DNA of 55,039 nucleotides, filler included, from Squatina squatina (taxonomy: Eukaryota), in the NCBI GenBank assembly GCA_031763465.1. It is 4 parts of 4 records of this genome, joined end to end, with 100 filler letters (N's around TTAATTAATTAA, not from the genome) between each part and the next. Parts side by side here need not be neighbours in the genome. Positions count along the whole stretch, not along the records: positions 42,602 to 55,039 come from JARFOE010000004.1; 3 more parts are not named here. One strand, 5' to 3'. Made by a program: the position numbers and the translations under genes. Shown in pieces: positions 48,886-55,039 of this stretch; within the stretch, counting starts at the first letter, position 1, and each line of letters opens with the position of its first letter. Under the pieces are notes generated by a model. That model was not told where the DNA came from and made no database searches. It saw only the letters and a program-made list of their open reading frames with translations.

Positions 48886-49973
48886 GTAAGTGCTTTCAGA
48901 TTGTACATAGGAATTGTATTACGCCTTTCTCTGTAGCGACACAAGTATTTTTGGCATTAGAAACATTAGGCAAATTCTGGGTATGAGATGTTTGGTCCTG
49001 AATCAGAGATGTCAGCTCCGGTTGAAAACATAATTGTGGTTAAAAGCAATAAGCTGCATCCATCTTTCAGATTGTGCTGGAGAGTATGTTTGTGCTTCAA
49101 TCTGAGATTCCTATGCTGTTACTACTGATATAACTGCAGTCACTTATTTCCTTGATTCGAGAGACCGAGCCACCCCTCTTGTTAATGGTGGAAAGATGAT
49201 CACTATCATCTTTCAGTGCCAGTGAGTAGCATTNNNNNNNNNNNNNNNNNNNNNNNNNNNNNNNNNNNNNNNNNNNNNNNNNNNNNNNNNNNNNNNNNNN
49301 NNNNNNNNNNNNNNNNNNNNNNNNNNNNNNNNNTGCAACACTGCATACATTTTCATTACTGCAACTTTATAAGAAACAGATGCAAACAATCATTTTGTCT
49401 TTGAAGTTGGAGTTATTTTGGGAAGCAATTCGGAATGAAATGAAAATGGGACACAGACTCGTAATTTTTATGCTGCTTTCTGTTTTGCTAGTTTAGATGC
49501 AGTTACTATAGATAGAGAAAATTGTACATGACTTCCTTTGTTCGTGGTTACGCTGATAATTATGTTATCCCTTTGACCATTTATTATGATAACTAAAATG
49601 GCTTCTGCAGTTGCAATAACATAAATTGCATTTAAATAAACATTTAACAATGCAACAGAGGACAAAGGAATAAACTAAACACTGGGGGGTAGAAATTTGT
49701 CTTGGGTGGAAGTGCAAGTCAGGAGCTATCATATCGCCGTTTGTTAGAACGCCCAGCATGATATTCAGTTTCATTGACTTCAATGGAACTGACTATCGGG
49801 CGTGGAGTATAATGGGCGGCCAATCTGATACCACCTGCTTAATGCTACTACTCAAGGAATTTCTACCTCGAGAAGTTCACCACACAGAAGCGGCCCATTG
49901 GGCCCATTGTGATGTACTGGCTCTTTGATTTGAACAAACAATACAGCAGACCATTAGGTCAATAAATATGTAC

Positions 49974-50150
49974 CTTAGTTCTTGGAGCGCCAATTTGTTT
50001 CTCATTCGGACTTCTTCTGTTATTGGGTAAAACTGGAATATTAATAACCCAATGACTATCAATCCTGTAGGTGCTGCTCCCACTAGCAGTTTTAGGGTGA
50101 ACGCCACAGGAGGGGGCTGGGAGCATGCTCCAGTTTCATAGCCTGCAAAA
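49974..50150 (-). CDS. MFSD2B: MFSD2-family lysolipid/S1P transporter, penultimate exon; MFSD2B by synteny
   Basis: FAGYETGACSQPPPVAFTLKLLVGAAPTGLIVIGLLIFQFYPITEE; actAG and GTACAT; 177 bp; convergent with WDCP as in human. Confidence 0.85.
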
Positions 50151-51919
50151 CTAGTACACAAACAGGTCGCATCATAAAGCTTTTCTGACACCTATTCTTC
50201 AGCATGCATTTCTCATGTTATGTTACCCCAGTATTGTTATGACTCTAAATGTTATAATTGCAGACAATTTGTACTAGAAATGTCATGTCAAAGTTCTTAT
50301 ACTAGATAGACGGATGAAGTTACAGTCAAAACAGCCATTAAATCTCAAGACAGAATATTCTGCAGGATTTAGTGTCAGCCAATGGAATGAAATCGTCAGA
50401 TCCTTAGGTAATGTAATACCCCATGAACTTCCCCAAATTACTCAGTTTTATGGAAAACCAGAAGGAGAACACCTAGTGTCTCTCTTGCACGTCCCAGCAG
50501 TTAGTTTCAGAGTGACATTTTAACAGATCATCCACTTGCCAGTCCTCTCAATCATGTTACATTACAAACAAAAATTGCTGGAAAAACTCAGCAGGTCAGG
50601 CAGCATCTGTGGAGAGAAAAACAGAGTCAACGTTNNNNNNNNNNNNNNNNNNNNNNNNNNNNNNNNNNNNNNNNNNNNNNNNNNNNNNNNNNNNNNNNNN
50701 NNNNNNNNNNNNNNNNNNNNNNNNNNNNNNNNNNGTATAGGCCAAATGACAGACTCCCCACACTCCCAACTTTCAGTTATCCAATCTACCCCCAGTCTGT
50801 CATCAATATACAATCCTTCAGATATTATAGTATGGACAAAAATTAAAATATGCATTTCATAGGAATCTCTTTCACATCCAAATTACATAGAATCCCCATA
50901 CAATTCATCTGTAGTAATAATTGGATCTTGTGTAAATGAAGAAAGCAAACTGATGTTTGTGCAAAAATGCAATATTTAGATTTTTTCCAGGCAAATATGT
51001 TATGACCCCACACTTCTGTTTACAGATCTTTAATTGTAATATTGACACTACTGCTCAGAAGCAATTATCAGAACTGGTGAAAAAATATGTCTTTAATGCT
51101 TTCTGTCTACAATTTTCAATGGATACTAAGGTGATTTTATTTCTCCCAAGCCATCTATTGTAAGATGCAAAATTCAGACCCTCCTTACATTTTCAATGTG
51201 GAACAGTATAGTCCCTTGTGTGATGCAGATTTAAACATTCAGGATTACCTGAAGGGCCAAGGATGTGAAGAGAAAAGTTGTAGTCAGCTTCACGTAGGGG
51301 CCATGTCTCATCACAAGTTTCATTCCTTTTAGGAAAGGAATTGGTTTGTCTGACTTCACAGTGTAGGGGTCTAACCAAGAAAATGGAACATCAAACTACT
51401 TACCCTTAACATTTCATTAAACAAGTCATGTAATAGTAATAAATAAAAAAATCCCCATCAAAAGACAGCATTGAGTTAGTTAATTGGGTTGGAAGGCTTT
51501 CAGAATCACTTTCAAGGATAGGGTCATGTCCTCTCTCTCTATCTCTGTATTTGTACCTGTTAAGGTCTCTATCGGTCTTCAAAGTGGTTGATTTTGAAAC
51601 ATTTTTGAGAAGCATGAAGAAATGCTGTATAAATGTAAGTCTTACCCAGCGGGAAACTGACAGGACCAGACTGGCTGCCTGTTTTACACAAGAGGTCCAT
51701 TTTACCCGTTGGGCGAGCTAAGTTAAAATGACCTACTTTATTTTTTAACCTTCTCTCTGACTGAAATTTTAATCACATTCCTATTTTGTTTTGTCTTCTT
51801 TAAAAGTAACCTGCACCACTCAATTCTTTCTTCACTCATGCATTTGAATTTTATCCCAAGCCCTTTATTATTTTAAATTTTTTCAATATAGCTCTCTGTA
51901 ATGATATTTGAATTCATAC

Positions 51920-51971
51920 CTTCAAGTTCTGCTTCTGCACAACGTCTCTCATCAATTTTTCTCTCTTTCAT
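51920..51971 (-). CDS. Possible short first coding exon (UBXN2A expected here by synteny)
   Basis: ATG AAA... MKERKIDERRCAEAELE then G|GTATGA; position and strand fit UBXN2A but sequence similarity is not recognisable. Confidence 0.25.
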
Positions 51972-52528
51972 TGGGATAAGGAGGAACTGGAGTCGCATCA
52001 ATTCAAAATGGAGATATCAGTTACATATGTTCTACCAAACTGTTCTCCAACACTGACCCAGTGACAGGTCTAACCCATCCAGATTCCATTAGTGAGCCGC
52101 ATACACTTTCTATATTTCTCGTGGTATTGTTAATCCTAATTTTATCTTATACCTCCCTTTTTAAAAAAGANNNNNNNNNNNNNNNNNNNNNNNNNNNNNN
52201 NNNNNNNNNNNNNNNNNNNNNNNNNNNNNNNNNNNNNNNNNNNNNNNNNNNNNNNNNNNNNNNNNNNNNNGAGACCAAGCAGGTGTCAATCCATTGAAAC
52301 TTCCAACAATAATTAGCCTGTAATTGACCTCAGGACTTGCTTAGACCATTTCCTCACAGAGAATACCTGAGCAATAGTTTTAAAAAGACACAGACCTGGC
52401 TATCAGCTAAATTTAAAAAAAAAAGTGTTGCAACATCACAGAAGATCTCTGTATATCTAAGTACAGCTACTTCTAAAACTTATAAATGAAAATGACAATT
52501 GTTGGTAATCCATTGCTATCCTAAAAAG

Positions 52529-52682
52529 TTCTCAGAGCTCCTGGAAGTCGACGTGAAAGCCAAGAGGATGGGGACCATTCTCACATGAATGGTGATTCAG
52601 AAGTTAGAAGAAGTGGTCGAGCAAGGAGGAACAAATTTGAAACCCTCAACCAAAGCCTTCTGTTTGATCAACTGGTAAACAG
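52529..52682 (+). CDS. ATAD2B: ATAD2B N-terminal exon
   Basis: DGDHSHMNGDSEVRRSGRARRNKFETLNQSLLFDQLVN matches recalled NGDMEVRKSCRSRKNRFESVNQSLLFDQLVNS; donor AG|GTATAG; acceptor could be a few bases off. Confidence 0.88.
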
Positions 52683-53614
52683 GTATAGTAGATGTGTTCT
52701 TTTTATTAAGCGGCATTCAAGGTATTTTTCTCTTTTTATGGCTCTGACTATATGCAGTGGGTTTCACCCTGATTAAACAGCTAAAATGGGAGAAGTCAGC
52801 CTTTGTTTAATAATTCAAATGCTTACCATGTTATTAGAAGGTGTCATGCATAAATCAAAAAGGCAGAAATTGTAATACAGGAGAAAGAACTTCTATAAAA
52901 AGTTCCCATCAATAGTTCCCACTGTCAAAGGGGCTTCTTGTAACCAGTTGAAAGGTGACATTGGAAGATGTTTGGAAGCAGGTCATCTGGCTGCACACTT
53001 GGCTTTAAAATCATTTTTGTACGAGATACCTCAGAACTAAATGTATTTATATTTGGTTACTATATCTTAGCGCAATATAGTGTTTACATGCACTACAGAA
53101 ATCATTGCAACAACTTTCTATCNNNNNNNNNNNNNNNNNNNNNNNNNNNNNNNNNNNNNNNNNNNNNNNNNNNNNNNNNNNNNNNNNNNNNNNNNNNNNN
53201 NNNNNNNNNNNNNNNNNNNNNNAGTCAGTGGAGTGAAAAGGCTGGGCCGACTATTGGGTCTACCCATACCAATATGGCTTCTGGTTGCGAGAATAATGCT
53301 TCAAAGATCCACAGTGACACTTGGTGACTTTAAATTGATCAATTATCAGATTCAACATTGTAAAGCGCATTGTGACTGCTTTCAAACTTGACCTTCGTAA
53401 CAGCCTTCACTATACTATACCAGCTCTTTCAGCAGCTGATGATATGGATATTTAACATTGAAAACCTTCATCACAGGGCTACCTATAGGCATTATTGGTC
53501 CTGCAAGTAAATGTTGACACATTTTAAATGCATCTTATAATTGACACACAACTTTTTAATGCATTTTCAAATGGAATGTTGAGACCCACTCAATGATTTT
53601 AAAGTATAACAGAT

Positions 53615-53925
53615 TTGTTCTTGGGATGCGGGCTTCCCTGAGGAGGTGGTTGGTTGTCTTGAACCACTGGTTCGTAGCAACAGTTTTAACAACTGAGTGG
53701 CTGGCTCGTCCACTTCAAAGGGCATTAAGAGTCAATCGTGTACTGTGGGACTAGAGTCAAGTGGTATGAGTCAAGTAGTTTCCTTCCCTGAAGAACATTA
53801 GTGAACCAGTTAGTTTTTTACAACAATCCAGCAGGTTCCATGGTAATTCTTTCTGGTGTCAGCCCACAAATGACCAGATTTTGTTGAATTCACTTTCACA
53901 ACTTGCCATGGTGCGATTGCTTGTC
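53615..53925 (-). mobile_element. Degraded LINE tail plus SINE fragment
   Basis: gggcattaagagtcaa..gtgggactagagtca ... ttccttccctgaagaacattagtgaaccag ... ttcacaacttgccatggtg. Confidence 0.6.
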
Positions 53926-54337
53926 CACCACCATAACCACAAAACTTGTATGCTTCTAGGAATAAAATGCACAGAAAGATTACTGCACAACTTGCAATTT
54001 CATTTACTGCATGTTTGTGTAGAGATGTTTGGGCTTTCACAAGCCTAGCTTGCCTGCACAGTCTGCCTGGCTCCTCTGTTTATTTAAGTTCTTTTTAAAT
54101 AAAGATCAAATTTGTGATTCGGACATCCAACTGTGCTACTTGCAGATCCCAAGTCCCCAATACCCACCATTTTGCAGGCCTTAGCACTGGAGACTACCTG
54201 GACCTGTATTTCTACACCTGCCATCCTGACACAGACTGACCTCCTCCTGGGCCTATTTTCATTTTTTTCTGATCCTAATAGAAAAGATCAAATTTTGAAA
54301 TCATTAAATATTGTTTAATTTTTGTATTTTAATCTAG

Positions 54338-54446
54338 CACTGCAGAAGCTGTTCTGCAAGAAATGGATAATATCACAAGTAACATTAGGCAAAACAGAAG
54401 ACCAGGAGAAGTGGAGCGACTCAGGATGTGGACAGATACAGAGTTT
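54338..54446 (+). CDS. ATAD2B: ATAD2B exon
   Basis: TAEAVLQEMDNITSNIRQNRRPGEVERLRMWTDTEF; tctAG and GTGAGT; phase joins the previous exon (AG|C = Ser); absent from the ORF track. Confidence 0.92.
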
Positions 54447-55039
54447 GTGAGTATCTGTTATTTTTGAATCAGCAGAGTGAGCATTCTGAAGATGTAGCTC
54501 TCCACAAAAAAAACACAAATGATATAAGATTGTTGCCAGATTGCTATAGTATTTGAATGCTAAAAGCAAATAGTATGTGCAGAATGGAGAGTACTTCCCA
54601 TCTATTAATACTCCACCATACACGCATATAATGCTTAAAAAAAACTCCTATCCTACAGAAATGAATAACCTTTCCCTATGCAAAATGCCATTTTGCTACT
54701 TTAGACTCAGTGGGGAAGCAGCTCAGTTTATGGCAGAAAACGGGCATCATAGGAGGAGACTGCAAATGTGATATACTTACTGGTTAACACCACATTGGTA
54801 GCTCCCTGCTGAGTATGGAGACCTGAAATGCTAGGTCTTTATCGTGGAGGAAAATGACACTTAAATTTAGAGTTTTTGATTTTTTTTTTTGTCTGGAGGG
54901 GTAGTACTTTGAAAATATTTTTGCACTTTCCCCACCTTCTGCTTTAATCATAGACCTCCATTCCTTGGTCCCTGCATTGTGATAGACAAAGGCAACATGT
55001 CAGTTCTTGTAGATATACAGAACATGTTCTTTCTGATCA

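Overview
Eukaryotic, non-microbial DNA from a fragmented vertebrate draft assembly. The repeat content (CR1 and L2 LINEs, Deu/SacSINE1-like and AmnSINE2-like SINEs) points to a cartilaginous fish (shark); this is inference. Three artificial N44-TTAATTAATTAA-N44 linkers (13554-13653, 26046-26145, 42502-42601) split the window into four separate scaffolds, each built from short contigs joined mostly by 100-N gaps, so genes appear only as scattered exons. Scaffold 1: probable SNRK-like last exon, a BRPF1 exon, three exons of a divergent ANO10 paralog, an unidentified exon, and LCAT and PLA2G15 exons. Scaffold 2: almost entirely non-coding, with one unidentified exon. Scaffold 3: DMRT2-like and DMRT3-like DM-domain exons on the minus strand, head-to-head with LRP8. 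Scaffold 4: a RASAL2-like exon, WDCP, MFSD2B, possibly UBXN2A, and ATAD2B. Best candidate for something undescribed: a DMRT3-like plus DMRT2-like pair linked to LRP8 rather than to VLDLR, i.e. possibly a retained second DMRT cluster with a 'dmrt3b' ohnolog, whose DMRT2-like exon is interrupted by a CR1 ORF1 fragment. All gene identifications are from recalled protein motifs plus splice-site and phase logic; no searches were run, and contig order across gaps is unverified.
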